In this document: one piece after another, positions 8,509 to 18,661 of the stretch
How the letters are laid out: the number at the start of each line of letters is the position of its first letter
Position numbering within the stretch: the first letter of the stretch is position 1
Assembly (NCBI GenBank): GCA_963851265.1
Contig: CAWKNZ010000002.1
Span: 1,664,001 to 1,728,000 of the forward strand
Reading direction: 5' to 3'
DNA from: an uncultured Gemmatimonadales bacterium
GTDB lineage: Bacteria; Gemmatimonadota; Gemmatimonadetes; Gemmatimonadales; Gemmatimonadaceae
DNA length: 64,000 nt
Translations under genes and position numbers: made by a program
The notes under the pieces: model-generated
Seen by the model: the letters and a program-made list of their open reading frames with translations, nothing else
Database searches by the model: none
What the model was told of the DNA's origin: nothing

Positions 8509-8730
8509 ATGCGCCGCCAACGGAAGTCCGATCCGCTCGCCGAAGCCCGCATCAGGTTCGTCGACTACAAGGATGATCGTCTCCTCTCGCGCTTCATCGG
8601 CGAGACGGGCAAGCTGCTGCCGAGTCGCCTGACCGGCGTCACGGCGCGCCACCAGCGTCAGATCGCGAAGGCCATCAAGAAGGCGCGCTACCTCGCCCTG
8701 ATCCCTTACACGAAGGGGTCGCAGGGCTGA
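8509..8730 (+). CDS. rpsR: 30S ribosomal protein S18 (Cys-less form)
   Basis: [21 protein letters not shown]...[19 protein letters not shown]. Confidence 0.97.
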   Translation: MRRQRKSDPLAEARIRFVDYKDDRLLSRFIGETGKLLPSRLTGVTARHQRQIAKAIKKARYLALIPYTKGSQG

Positions 8731-8746
8731 CCGTGGCGGCGCGGTC

Positions 8747-9856
8747 GTGACGGCGGGCGCGGGGGTCGGACCGATCGACTCGCAGCGCAGCGACGCGCGC
8801 GGTTGGATCGCGCCGCTCGCCGCGCTCGCCGGCGCGCTCGCCGTCGCGGCCGCACCGCTCTGGCCGACCTCGCTCGCGCCCGCGGCGGCGCTCGTCGGGA
8901 CGCTGTTCCCGGTCGAGCAAACGATGCTCCTCGTGGTGCCGGCCGTGGCCGCGTGTGCGCTGCTGGCCTGGCTCGGCGGCGGACGCGCGTGGGTCGCGGC
9001 GGCATGGGTCGCGCTCGCGTGCTGGGTCGTCACCCGCCCGCTGCCCGACGGCATCGAGGGCTACGCCGCGCTCGCGCGCGGGTGGGCCCTGCTGCTCGCC
9101 GGGAGCTTCGGCGCGGTGGGCGTGGTCTCGGGCGCGCGGGCCGCATTCCTGCCGCGCGCCCTCACGGCCGTGGCGGTCGCGGCGGCCGTCGCCATGCTCG
9201 CGGCCGCGCGCACGGGCGGCGTCTCGCACGTGACCGAGGTCGTGCGCGCGGAAGCGCAGCGGCGCGGTGACGTCGCGCTCGACCAGTGGGCGGAGCGGAC
9301 GTCGGGTGCGGCGTGGAGCGCGACCGCGCGTCGCGCGCCCGCGGCCGCCGCGCGCGCCGGTGACGCGGAGGACGCGCTCCGCGCACTCCCGGCGAGCGCC
9401 GTCGCGATCGCGCCGGCGCTCGTCGCCGTCGAGTCGCTCGGCGCGCTCGCGCTCGCCTGGGCGCTCTACCACCGGCTCGCGCGCTCGCGGGTCGGGCCCG
9501 CGCTCGTGCCGCTCGCCGCGTTCCGGTTCAACGACCAACTCATCTGGGGGCTCGTCGCCGGCGCGGCGCTCGTCGCGGTTCCGACGCTCGCGGCGCTGCG
9601 ACTCGCCGGGCTCAACCTGCTCGTTTTTTTCGGCGCCCTGTACGCGCTCCGCGGCCTGGCGGTGTGTCGCTGGGCACTCGGCCGCCGCGGCATCGAACTG
9701 CCACTCGGCGCCGGCGTCGCGCTCGGCTTCGCGTTTCCGCTCCTCGGCGGCGTGCTCGCGGCGGTCGTCACGGCCGCCGCACTCGCGCTCGGGCTCGGCG
9801 ACTCGTGGGGCGACTGGCGGACACGCGCCTGGCGCACTCGCCGCCGTCCGGCGTAA
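8747..9856 (+). CDS. DUF2232/YybS-like membrane protein
   Basis: Multiple TM segments, FRFNDQLIWG, LY..RGLA, GLGD.W.DWR; typical position between rpsR and rplI. Confidence 0.75.
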   Translation: MTAGAGVGPIDSQRSDARGWIAPLAALAGALAVAAAPLWPTSLAPAAALVGTLFPVEQTMLLVVPAVAACALLAWLGGGRAWVAAAWVALACWVVTRPLPDGIEGYAALARGWALLLAGSFGAVGVVSGARAAFLPRALTAVAVAAAVAMLAAARTGGVSHVTEVVRAEAQRRGDVALDQWAERTSGAAWSATARRAPAAAARAGDAEDALRALPASAVAIAPALVAVESLGALALAWALYHRLARSRVGPALVPLAAFRFNDQLIWGLVAGAALVAVPTLAALRLAGLNLLVFFGALYALRGLAVCRWALGRRGIELPLGAGVALGFAFPLLGGVLAAVVTAAALALGLGDSWGDWRTRAWRTRRRPA

Positions 9857-9880
9857 CGCTCATACTCTCTGGAGGTCTTT

Positions 9881-10324
9881 GTGGAAGTCATTCTTCGTCA
9901 AGCGGTCGACAGCCTGGGGCACCCCGGCGACGTCGTGACCGTGTCAAACGGCTACGCGCGCAACTACCTGCTCCCGCGCGGCGTCGCGTTCCCCGCCACC
10001 GAGGGGAACAAGAAGCGGATTCAGCAGGAGAAGGCTCGCCTCGAGGCGGCCGAGACGTCGCGTCGCGAGTCGGCACAGCAGCTGGCCGACCGGCTGGCCG
10101 AGGTGTCGATCACCTTCGCGGCGCGCGTCGGTGAGGAGGGCAAGCTCTTTGGCTCGGTGACGGCCGCCGACATCGCGCAGCAGCTCGAGGCTCAGGGCCA
10201 TCACGTGGAGCGGCGCATGATCGACCTCCACGACCCCATCCGGGCGCTGGGTGTGTACCGAGTGCCGATCCGCCTGCACGCGGACGTGCGTCCCGAGATC
10301 AAGGTCTGGGTCATCAAGCAGTAG
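9881..10324 (+). CDS. rplI: 50S ribosomal protein L9
   Basis: EVILRQ.V..LG..GDVV.V..GYARNYLLPRG, GKLFGSVT. Confidence 0.98.
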   Translation: MEVILRQAVDSLGHPGDVVTVSNGYARNYLLPRGVAFPATEGNKKRIQQEKARLEAAETSRRESAQQLADRLAEVSITFAARVGEEGKLFGSVTAADIAQQLEAQGHHVERRMIDLHDPIRALGVYRVPIRLHADVRPEIKVWVIKQ

Positions 10325-10484
10325 ACGTGCGCGCGCCCGCGGTGCGGCCGCGTCCGTCCGAACGTTTGCCGAAACACGGCGCGCGTGCCCGGGGTAGTAA
10401 CCGGGTGCGCGTGCTTCTCGGTGCTACCCGGCACCGGGGTGCCCGCGATTCCGTTCGTCGTCCCCACAGCCCGACGCCGCCCTG

Positions 10485-10868
10485 ATGGCCAACACCGATT
10501 CTCCCGCTCCCGAAACGATCGCCCGCCGCGCGGCCCAACTCGCGCTCGACATGAAGGCCGACGACGTCATCCTGCTCGACCTCAAGGGCGTCACCGACAT
10601 GACCGATTACTTCGTGATCGCGAGCGGGACGTCGGACACGCACGTGCGCGCCACCGCCGAGCACATCGCCGAGCAGCTGAAGAAGGAGGGCGCGGCGGTG
10701 AACCACGTCGAGGGACTGCCGCAAGGGCGATGGGCGCTGATGGATTTCGTCGACGTGGTGGTGCACGTGTTCCACCCGACGCTCCGCCAGTTCTACCAGC
10801 TCGAGCGGCTCTGGGGCGACGCGCGCGCCATTCCCGTAGGCGCGCCGGCCGCGGTCGCCGCGTCCTGA
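10485..10868 (+). CDS. rsfS: Ribosome silencing factor
   Basis: KADDV..LDL, TDYFVIASGTS..HV, W.LMDFVDVVVHVF...RQFYQLERLWGDA. Confidence 0.96.
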   Translation: MANTDSPAPETIARRAAQLALDMKADDVILLDLKGVTDMTDYFVIASGTSDTHVRATAEHIAEQLKKEGAAVNHVEGLPQGRWALMDFVDVVVHVFHPTLRQFYQLERLWGDARAIPVGAPAAVAAS

Positions 10869-11002
10869 CCGCGCGACGCGCGGGCGGCTGACGACGCGTC
10901 CACCGCCCGCGCGCCGGGGACGCGACGCCTCCCCGGCGACGTTCCGCACGCACCACACCGCACGTCACCACTGCCGCACCCGGCCGCTATGCGCGCCGCC
11001 GG

Positions 11003-12727
11003 GTGCGGCGTAGTTTCTCCGCCGTGCCCGCCTCCGCCCGCTCCCCCCTCCCCCGCCGCACGCCCGCGCGCGTCCGCGCGACCGCGCGTCCGTTAGGCGC
11101 TGCGGCCGTGCTGCTCGCCGCCGTGCCGCTCGCGGCCGCGTGTGGGCGCGAGCGCGCGCTCGGCGACGCGCGCGCGGGCGGCGCGGTGGGACGCGGCACC
11201 GACGCCGTCGTGCTGCGCGCGCCGCGCGATGGCGGGCGGATGACCGCCGCGGTCTATCCGCGCCTGGACACGGTGGTGTGGCGGTCGGCCGACGCGTTGC
11301 CGGCCCTCGGCCGCGTGCTCGCCTTCGACCCGTCCGCGGGCCAGCTGGCCGCCGTGGACGCGCGCGGCGTTCCGACGCGCGTCGACCTCCGCCTCGGGAC
11401 GGCGCGCGCCCTCGGGCGCGCCCCGCTCGGCGCCGTGACGGCCGACGGCGGGTCGTTCTTCGGGCTCGACCGCGACGGGGCCGTCACGCGCCTAACGGAC
11501 GCCGGCGGGTCGTGGCGCGTGCGGCTCGCCGAGGTGCCGCAAGCGCTGTACGCGCGCCGCGACGGGTCGGTGCTCGCGGCGGCGGCGCGCGGCGGCGCGG
11601 GGCGCGTGTGGTTGCTGCGGCCGCCCGCCGCGGCGGCGGCCGAGTCGGCCGCCGTGCCCGGCGCGACGGAGCCGATCGTCACCGGCGCGACGGACGGCGT
11701 CTATTTCGCGGCGGGAGACGAGATCCTCGGCGTGCGCGGACGCGGGCTCCGGCCGGTCGCCGCGGTCTCGTTAGGCTCGGCCGTGCGGCGCGCCGTCGCG
11801 ACGCCGAGCGGCGACCGGCTGTACGTGCTCACGGCGCGCGGCGGCGAGGTGCGGGTCGTGGACCGCTACGCCGAGCGCGTGGCGGCGACGATTGCGCTCC
11901 CGGCCGACGCGCGCGACCTGCGCATGGATCCGCTCGGCCGCTACCTCGTCGTGCGTCCCGCGCGCGGCGATTCGGCGTGGGTGGTCGCCGTCGGCACCGA
12001 CCGCGTCGTCGGCGCGACGCGCTCCGACTGGCGCGACGATCTGCCGCTCGTGCTGCCCGACGGCGCGGTCGCTTCGGCCGTCGGCCCGGACGTGGCCATC
12101 GTCGACGGCGAGACGCTGCGCACGCGGCAGACGGTCGCCAACGGCGCGGCCGACGTGTGGCACGTGGTGCTGTGGAACGGGTTCCGCCCGCGCGCCGGCG
12201 CTCCGGCCCGGCCGGCGCCGGTGCACGACGAGACGCCGGACACGGCGCCGGAGAGCGCGCCGCCCGACACCGCCGGCCCCGCGCCCGACACCGCCGCGCC
12301 TCGTCGCGCCGACAGCACGCGCACGCCGCCCGATACTGGCGCGCCCCCGGCCACGCACGCCGCCGTCGCTGCCGCGACCACGCCGGTCAAGTACGTGCCG
12401 GCCGTGCGCGCGCAGCGCGCGCCCCAGACGGCGGTGCAGGTTTCGGACGGCGAGGTCGCCTCGCGCCCCACCACTGCGGGGCCCACGGCGGCGCGCGGGT
12501 ACACCGTGCAGTTCGCGGCGGCCCCCACCGAGCGTGAGGCGCTCGCGACCTTACGCCGCCTGGCCCTGCCCACGCCGGGCGGCCGAGTCGTGCCGCGAAC
12601 CGTCGACGGCAAGACGGTCTACCGGGTGGTCGCCGGGCCGTTCGCGACGCGCGCCGAAGCGGAGCGCGTGCGCCGCGCGGCGGGCGCGGCCGGTGCCGCG
12701 GCCTGGATTTACGGAGGCGCGCCGTGA
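11003..12727 (+). CDS. Lipoprotein with beta-propeller-like region, Pro-rich linker and C-terminal SPOR domain
   Basis: Lipobox LAAAC; ATPSGDRLYV repeat-like segment; YTVQFAA...YRVVAGPFATRAEAE; start uncertain. Confidence 0.75.
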   Translation: MRRSFSAVPASARSPLPRRTPARVRATARPLGAAAVLLAAVPLAAACGRERALGDARAGGAVGRGTDAVVLRAPRDGGRMTAAVYPRLDTVVWRSADALPALGRVLAFDPSAGQLAAVDARGVPTRVDLRLGTARALGRAPLGAVTADGGSFFGLDRDGAVTRLTDAGGSWRVRLAEVPQALYARRDGSVLAAAARGGAGRVWLLRPPAAAAAESAAVPGATEPIVTGATDGVYFAAGDEILGVRGRGLRPVAAVSLGSAVRRAVATPSGDRLYVLTARGGEVRVVDRYAERVAATIALPADARDLRMDPLGRYLVVRPARGDSAWVVAVGTDRVVGATRSDWRDDLPLVLPDGAVASAVGPDVAIVDGETLRTRQTVANGAADVWHVVLWNGFRPRAGAPARPAPVHDETPDTAPESAPPDTAGPAPDTAAPRRADSTRTPPDTGAPPATHAAVAAATTPVKYVPAVRAQRAPQTAVQVSDGEVASRPTTAGPTAARGYTVQFAAAPTEREALATLRRLALPTPGGRVVPRTVDGKTVYRVVAGPFATRAEAERVRRAAGAAGAAAWIYGGAP

Positions 12728-14223
12728 CCGCGCGATCGCCTTCGCCGGCCGCCTCGCCGTGGTACGAGGAGGGACTGCGTGCCGGCGCCGCGCTCGACCG
12801 CGTCGCGTCGGTGCTCGTCGCGGGCCGCGACGGCGAGGCCGCCGCGTGGGTCGCGCTCGGCCTCGCGCGAGCTCAGGCCGACCATCGGCGCGTCGCGGTC
12901 GCCGACCTCGTCGGCGACGCCGAGGCGCTCGTGGTGCCCGGTGCGGACGTCGACGAGGCGGGGATCGCGGACAGCCTGACGTACGGCGTCTCGCTCAACA
13001 AGATCGCGCGCGCCGTCGACGATTCGGACCAACTGTTCGTCCTGCCGAGCGGGAGCGAGCCCGTCGCCACCGAAGCGATCATCGCGAGCGACCGGTGGGG
13101 ACGACTGGCGAGCGGGTTCCGCGAAGTGGGCGCGTTACTCGTCCTCGCGACGCGTGCCGACGCGCCCGGCATCGAGACGCTCGCCGCCCGCGTCGACGGC
13201 GTGGTCATTGCGGGCGATCTAGGCGGCGCACTTCCGAACCTCGCGCCGCCGCTCGCCGTGGTGGCGCTACCAGCGTCGGCGCGCCGGGCACGTTTCGGAC
13301 GGCCGCGCCTTACGCCCGACACGCCGCACGCGGCCGCGGAGCTGGCGACGGAAGGGACAGGCGCCCCGACGACAGCCGTCCCCGCGCCGATCGCCGGCGC
13401 CGAAGCGGGGCGCCGAACGGCGTCGGGAGCAGGCGGCGACATCGTCCTGCTCGAGCCTGAGCCGGCGCGACGCGGCGCGTTCGCGAATCCGCGCACCAGG
13501 GTCGCCGTGCTCGGCCTCGCCGCACTGACCATCGCCGGCGCGGCCGCGCTCTGGTTGCTGCCGCATCGGCTCGATACGGGCGCGCGACCCGGACCGGACG
13601 CGGCCGCGGCGCGGCGACCCCACGGCGCAATCCGGCCCACGGCCGCACCTGCCGAGAGCGCGCACGCGCCGGGACCGCACCCGGCAGCGGCAACCACCGC
13701 CGACAACACGCCACTCGGTCGCTTGACGGTCGGGAACCCCGCCGATTCGGCCGCGGCCGCGGTGTACGCGGTCTACGTCGTCGGATCCAACACCCCCGAC
13801 GGAGCGTCGGTGGACTGGCGCGTCGACCGGACGCCGCCGGTGCTCGCGCTCACGCCCGTCCTGCAGGACGGGGAGCCGTCGTACCGCCTGATCGTGGGCG
13901 CGTACCGGACGCGGGCCCAGGCCGATTCGCTCCTCCACGACCTGCAGCGCCGCGGCGTGCTCGGCGAGGAATCGGGGCGCGTCGTGCGCGCGCCGTACGC
14001 CCTCCTCGTGGAGGCGCGCCTGCCCGCCGCAGAAGCCGCGCGCCGCGTGCAGGCCCTCGCCGCGCGCGGAGTCCCCACGTACCCGCTCTCGCGCGGCGAC
14101 GGCACCGTCGCGCTCTACGCGGGGGCGTTCGAGACGCCCGAGGAGGCCGCGTACCTGGCGCGCACCGCGCGTGCGGCGGGCGTGTCGACCACGCTCGTGT
14201 ATCGCACCGGCTCGGCGCTCTGA
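12724..14223 (+). CDS. Membrane protein: degenerate MinD/CpsD-like P-loop domain, TM helix, tandem SPOR-like domains
   Basis: VA.GLARAQA..RRVAVADL, GIADSL.YGVSL, LFVLPSG; TM VAVLGLAALTIAGAAALWLL; YRLIVGAYRTRAQA and LYAGAFETPEEA. Confidence 0.7.
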   Translation: MTARSPSPAASPWYEEGLRAGAALDRVASVLVAGRDGEAAAWVALGLARAQADHRRVAVADLVGDAEALVVPGADVDEAGIADSLTYGVSLNKIARAVDDSDQLFVLPSGSEPVATEAIIASDRWGRLASGFREVGALLVLATRADAPGIETLAARVDGVVIAGDLGGALPNLAPPLAVVALPASARRARFGRPRLTPDTPHAAAELATEGTGAPTTAVPAPIAGAEAGRRTASGAGGDIVLLEPEPARRGAFANPRTRVAVLGLAALTIAGAAALWLLPHRLDTGARPGPDAAAARRPHGAIRPTAAPAESAHAPGPHPAAATTADNTPLGRLTVGNPADSAAAAVYAVYVVGSNTPDGASVDWRVDRTPPVLALTPVLQDGEPSYRLIVGAYRTRAQADSLLHDLQRRGVLGEESGRVVRAPYALLVEARLPAAEAARRVQALAARGVPTYPLSRGDGTVALYAGAFETPEEAAYLARTARAAGVSTTLVYRTGSAL

Positions 14224-17200
14224 TGCGGCTCACGAAGCTGGAGCTGCACGGCTTCAAGTCGTTCGCGGACCACACGACGCTGCGCTTCGACGCCGGGGCG
14301 ACGGCCGTGGTCGGGCCGAACGGGTGCGGCAAGTCGAACGTGAGCGACGCGATCCGGTGGGTGTTGGGCGAGCAGCGCGCGCGCATGCTCCGCGGCGGCT
14401 CGATGACCGAGGTCATATTCCAGGGCTCGTCCGCGCGTCGGCCGGTGAACGTGGCCGAGGTGTCGCTGCACTTCGACAACAGCGAGGGCGTGCTGCCGGT
14501 CCCATTCCGCGAGGTCGTCATCACGCGACGGCTCTCGCGCTCTGGCGACAGCGACTACTTCCTGAACCGCGCGCCGTGCCGGCTGCGCGACGTGCAGGAC
14601 CTCGTCCGCGGCACCGGGTTGGGCGCGGACAGCGGCGTGGTGATCGAGAGCAAGATGATCGACGCGCTGCTCTCCGACCGCCCGGACGACCGTCGCGAGC
14701 TGTTCGAGGAGGCCGCGGGCGTGGGGCTCTACCGCGACCGCCGCCGCTCCACCGAGCGCCGGCTCGACGAGACGGCGCAGGACCTCTCGCGCCTCGACGA
14801 CCTCGTGAACGAGGTGGCGAGCCAGACGCGCGCGCTCGCGCGGCAACGTAAGCGCGCCGAGCGGCACGCCGAGCTGACGGCGCGTCGATTCGCGTTGGAG
14901 CTGACGCTCGCCGCGCGCGAGATGCTCGGGTGGCGCGACGAACTGCACGCGCTCGACGCGCGTCTCGCGGAGTTGCAGCTGCTGAGCCCGCAGGTCGCCG
15001 CGCAGCTCGCCGAGGCCGAGCGCACGCGCGAGACCGCGGCGGGCGCGCGCGCGGCGGCGGACGCGATGCGCCACGAGCTCTCGCGCATCACGGGATCGGC
15101 GCGCCAGGCCGTGCTCACGTTGCGAGGCGAACTGGCGGTGGCCGACGAGCGGCAGCGCAACGCCTCGTCGCGCCGGGCGCGGGCCGAGGAGGAGCGGCAG
15201 CAGGGGCAGGCCGCGGGCGAGCGGACGGCGGCCGAACGCGCGCATGCGGCCGCCGATCGGGCCCAGGCGGAGCGCGCAGTGGCCGACGCGGCCGCGGCGC
15301 TCGAGGAGCGCGTCGCGGTCGAAGACGAGACGCGCCGCGTAGTGGCTGCCACGCGCCAGCGGGCCGAACAGGCGGACCGGCAGGCACGCGACCTGCGCGA
15401 GCAGGCGCGCCGCCTCGAGATCGACCGCGACGCGGCCGTACGCGAGCAGCAGGAGACGGCGGCGCGCCTCGCCTCGCTCGACCGCGACCTCTCGGCCGCG
15501 CGCGAGCGGCTCGCCGTCGTACGCCGTGACGCGGAGCATGCCGCGCGTGCCGTCGCACTCGCCCGCGAGGAGGCGCTCGTCGCCCAGCAGGCCGTGGACG
15601 AGGCGCGCCAGGGTGTCCGCGCGGCGCGCGAGGCGGACGCCGGCGCGCGGGCCGAGCTGGCGCGCGCGGAGCAGGAGCACACCGCGTTAGGCGCCCGCGC
15701 GCACGCGCTCGAGGCGCTCGAGCGCGACCGGGTCGGGCTCGCCCCGGCCGCCGCGCGGCTGCTCAAGGAGCGGGCGCGATTCGGCGACGGTGCGGTGCTC
15801 GGGCCGCTGTCGGACTTCCTCGACGCCGACGCCGACGCGGCGGCCGACGTCGAACGGTTTCTCGGAGCGAACCTCTACGCGGTCGTCGTGCGCGACCGGG
15901 CCGCGGCCGACGCGGTGCGCGCGTGGCACGCCGCGGCCAACCCGGGACCGCTATTGCTGCTCCCGGCCGACGCGGCAGGCGCGCGCCCGTCCGACGCGGG
16001 CGCTGCGTCGGCGGCCGGCGGGCTCGCGGAGCGCGTGCGCGCCGGCGGCGACGCGGCCGGGTGGGCGCGCGTGCTGCTCGGCGGCGTCGAGTCGTTAGGC
16101 GGTGGCGCGTTCGCCGACGCGCGCGGCGCGGTGCTGCTGCCCGGCGCGGCGGTCGGGCCGGGCACGCTGCGTCGCCGCGCCGAACTGGCGGAGCTGCGCA
16201 CGCAGCTCGACGCGCTCGAGGCGGTGCGGGAGCGCGCGCGCGCGGCCGTCGTAGCCGCGCGCTCCGCGCTGGCCGACGCGGAGCGCGAGCAGGCCTCGGC
16301 CGCCGAGACGCTCACCGTCGCCCAGCAGGACGCGCGGCGCGCCGACGACGTCGCGGCGGACCTCGCGCGCCGGCAGCACCGCGCGGAGCGCGAACTCGCC
16401 GACGCCGAGCACCTCGTCGGCCGGCTCGGCGCGCGGATGGAGGAGCTGCGCGCGCGCGCGGCGCAGCTCACCGAGCGCGCGACTTCGGCGGTCGAGCAGG
16501 CGGCGCAGCGCGACGCGGACTCGGGCGAGGCCCGCGCGGCGCTCGGCGAGGCCGAACACGCCCTGGAAGCAGCGCGCGAGGAGCGCACCGTGTGGCAGGT
16601 CGAGCAGGCGCAGTCGCAGGCGCGCCTGCAGTCGGCCGCGGACCGGGAACGCCGGCTCGCGGGCGAGGTGGCGCAGGCCGCCGCGCGCGTCGAGCAGATC
16701 ACCCGCGAGCTGCTCACGCTCGACTCCGCCGACGGCGAGCTGGCCCAGCACGCGGCCGAATGGCGCGTCACGCTCGACGCGCGCGAGGCGGAGCTGGGGG
16801 ATGCGGAATCGCGGCTGGCCGAGGCCGAGGAGGCACTCGCCGCGACGACGCACGCGGTGAACGACGCGGCGGAGTCGCTCGACGCGATTCGCCGCGACAG
16901 CACCCGACTCGCCGACGAGATGCACGCGGCCGCGCTGCGCCACACGCAGCTGGCCGGGCGGCGCGACGCCCTGCGCAGCCGGTTGGAGACCGAGTGGCGC
17001 CGGCCACTCGACGAGCTGATCGCGCGCCACGAATCGGTCGAGGGCGAACCCGAGGCGCTCGCGCGCGAGCTCGGCGAGGTGCGCTCGCAGCTCGAGCAAC
17101 TGGGGGTGGTGAACCCGCTCGCGGTCGAGGAACACGAGGAGGAAGTGCGACGGCTCGACTTCCTCACCGGGCAGCGGGCGGACCTGCAGCAGGCCCGGGT

Positions 17201-17777
17201 GTCGCTCCAGCAGGCGATCCGCGAAATCGACACGACCGCGCGCGAGCTGTTCCTCGCCACGTTCGCGCAGACGCGCGAGAACTTCCGGCAAATCTTCCAG
17301 ACACTATTCGGCGGCGGCGAGTGCGACCTGCGGCTGGAGGACCCGTCGCGCCCCCTCGACTGCGACATCGAGGTGCACGCGAGCCCGCGCGGCAAGCGCA
17401 CGCAGCGCATTCATCTACTCTCGAGCGGGGAGCGCGCGCTCGTCGCGCTGTCGCTGCTCTTCGGGATCTTCCTCACGAAGCCGAGCCCGTTCTGCCTGCT
17501 CGACGAGGTCGACGCGCCGCTCGACGACCAGAACGTCGGGCGCTTCGTGCGCATGCTCAACCAGTTCAAGCGCAACACGCAGTTCATCGTCATCACGCAC
17601 AACCCGCGCACCACCACCGAGGCGGCCGACGCGGTGTACGGCGTGACGATGCAGGAGCCCGGCGTGAGTTCGGTCGTGAGCGTGCGGCTGCGCGGCGGCC
17701 CCACCGTCGACGCGGACGCAGCCGACGCGACGCGAGACGACGCGGCGTCGCGCGCGCTCGCGCTGGCGGGAGACTGA
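14223..17777 (+). CDS. smc: Chromosome segregation protein SMC
   Basis: GFKSFAD, GPNGCGKSNVSDAIRWVLGEQ, long coiled coils, hinge, LLSSGE, LDEVDAPLD, QFIVITH. Confidence 0.97.
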   Translation: MRLTKLELHGFKSFADHTTLRFDAGATAVVGPNGCGKSNVSDAIRWVLGEQRARMLRGGSMTEVIFQGSSARRPVNVAEVSLHFDNSEGVLPVPFREVVITRRLSRSGDSDYFLNRAPCRLRDVQDLVRGTGLGADSGVVIESKMIDALLSDRPDDRRELFEEAAGVGLYRDRRRSTERRLDETAQDLSRLDDLVNEVASQTRALARQRKRAERHAELTARRFALELTLAAREMLGWRDELHALDARLAELQLLSPQVAAQLAEAERTRETAAGARAAADAMRHELSRITGSARQAVLTLRGELAVADERQRNASSRRARAEEERQQGQAAGERTAAERAHAAADRAQAERAVADAAAALEERVAVEDETRRVVAATRQRAEQADRQARDLREQARRLEIDRDAAVREQQETAARLASLDRDLSAARERLAVVRRDAEHAARAVALAREEALVAQQAVDEARQGVRAAREADAGARAELARAEQEHTALGARAHALEALERDRVGLAPAAARLLKERARFGDGAVLGPLSDFLDADADAAADVERFLGANLYAVVVRDRAAADAVRAWHAAANPGPLLLLPADAAGARPSDAGAASAAGGLAERVRAGGDAAGWARVLLGGVESLGGGAFADARGAVLLPGAAVGPGTLRRRAELAELRTQLDALEAVRERARAAVVAARSALADAEREQASAAETLTVAQQDARRADDVAADLARRQHRAERELADAEHLVGRLGARMEELRARAAQLTERATSAVEQAAQRDADSGEARAALGEAEHALEAAREERTVWQVEQAQSQARLQSAADRERRLAGEVAQAAARVEQITRELLTLDSADGELAQHAAEWRVTLDAREAELGDAESRLAEAEEALAATTHAVNDAAESLDAIRRDSTRLADEMHAAALRHTQLAGRRDALRSRLETEWRRPLDELIARHESVEGEPEALARELGEVRSQLEQLGVVNPLAVEEHEEEVRRLDFLTGQRADLQQARVSLQQAIREIDTTARELFLATFAQTRENFRQIFQTLFGGGECDLRLEDPSRPLDCDIEVHASPRGKRTQRIHLLSSGERALVALSLLFGIFLTKPSPFCLLDEVDAPLDDQNVGRFVRMLNQFKRNTQFIVITHNPRTTTEAADAVYGVTMQEPGVSSVVSVRLRGGPTVDADAADATRDDAASRALALAGD

Positions 17778-17779
17778 CC

Positions 17780-18574
17780 GTGGCAGGCGCGTTCGCGATT
17801 CGCCTGACGACGATCGGCACCGGTACGGTCCCGCCTTCGGCCACCCGCGTCAATCCCGGGCATCTCGTCGAAGCGGGCGCCGTGCGGCTGCTCATGGATT
17901 GCGGCAGCGGCGTCGTGCACCGGATGGCGACGCTCGGCGTCGACTGGGCCTCGATCACGCACGTCGCGCTCACGCACTTCGACCAAGACCACACGAGCGA
18001 CGTGGCCGCGCTGTTCATCGCCTGGCGGTACGGGCAGCTGCCGCCGCGCGCGGCCCCGGTGGTGGTGCTGGGACCGGTCGGCACGCGCGGGCTGCTCGAC
18101 CGCCTCGCGGCGGCGCTCTGGGCGACGCTGCTCACGCCCGGGTTCCCGGTCGAGGTGGTCGAGCTGGCGGCGGGCGCGACGCACGTTCTCGGCGACGGCG
18201 TCGTGCTCTCGACGCGCGCGGTCACGCACCAGCCGGAGAGCATCGCCTACGCGGTCGAGCACGCGGGGCGCCGCGTGGTCTACACCGGCGACACCGCGCC
18301 CGACCCGACGTTAGGCGCCTGGGCGCGCGGCGAGGGCGGGTGCGACGTGCTCCTCACGGAATGTTCGCTCCCCGAGACGATGGCCGTGCCGTCGCACCTG
18401 ACGCCCGAGAGCGTGGGCGACCTCGCCGCTGCGGCCGACCCGGGGCTGCTGGTGCTGGCGCACCTGTACCCGCCCGTGGAGGCGCTCGACCTGCCCGCGA
18501 TAATCGGCGGGCGATGGCGGGGACGCGTGGTGGTGGCGCACGACGGCTGGTCGGTGGAGTTGCCGCCGCGGTAA
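17780..18574 (+). CDS. MBL-fold metallo-hydrolase (RNase Z/ElaC-like)
   Basis: IGTGT, LLMDCGSG, THFDQDH, VVYTGDT, SHLTP, LAHLYP, VAHDG. Confidence 0.85.
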   Translation: MAGAFAIRLTTIGTGTVPPSATRVNPGHLVEAGAVRLLMDCGSGVVHRMATLGVDWASITHVALTHFDQDHTSDVAALFIAWRYGQLPPRAAPVVVLGPVGTRGLLDRLAAALWATLLTPGFPVEVVELAAGATHVLGDGVVLSTRAVTHQPESIAYAVEHAGRRVVYTGDTAPDPTLGAWARGEGGCDVLLTECSLPETMAVPSHLTPESVGDLAAAADPGLLVLAHLYPPVEALDLPAIIGGRWRGRVVVAHDGWSVELPPR

Positions 18575-18661
18575 TCGCCGCGCCGGGAACGGCGCGCCGG
18601 TGCCGACGCCTTGCCGGGTCCGACGGTTGCACTGATCTCGTTCCATTCCTGAGGAGTACAC

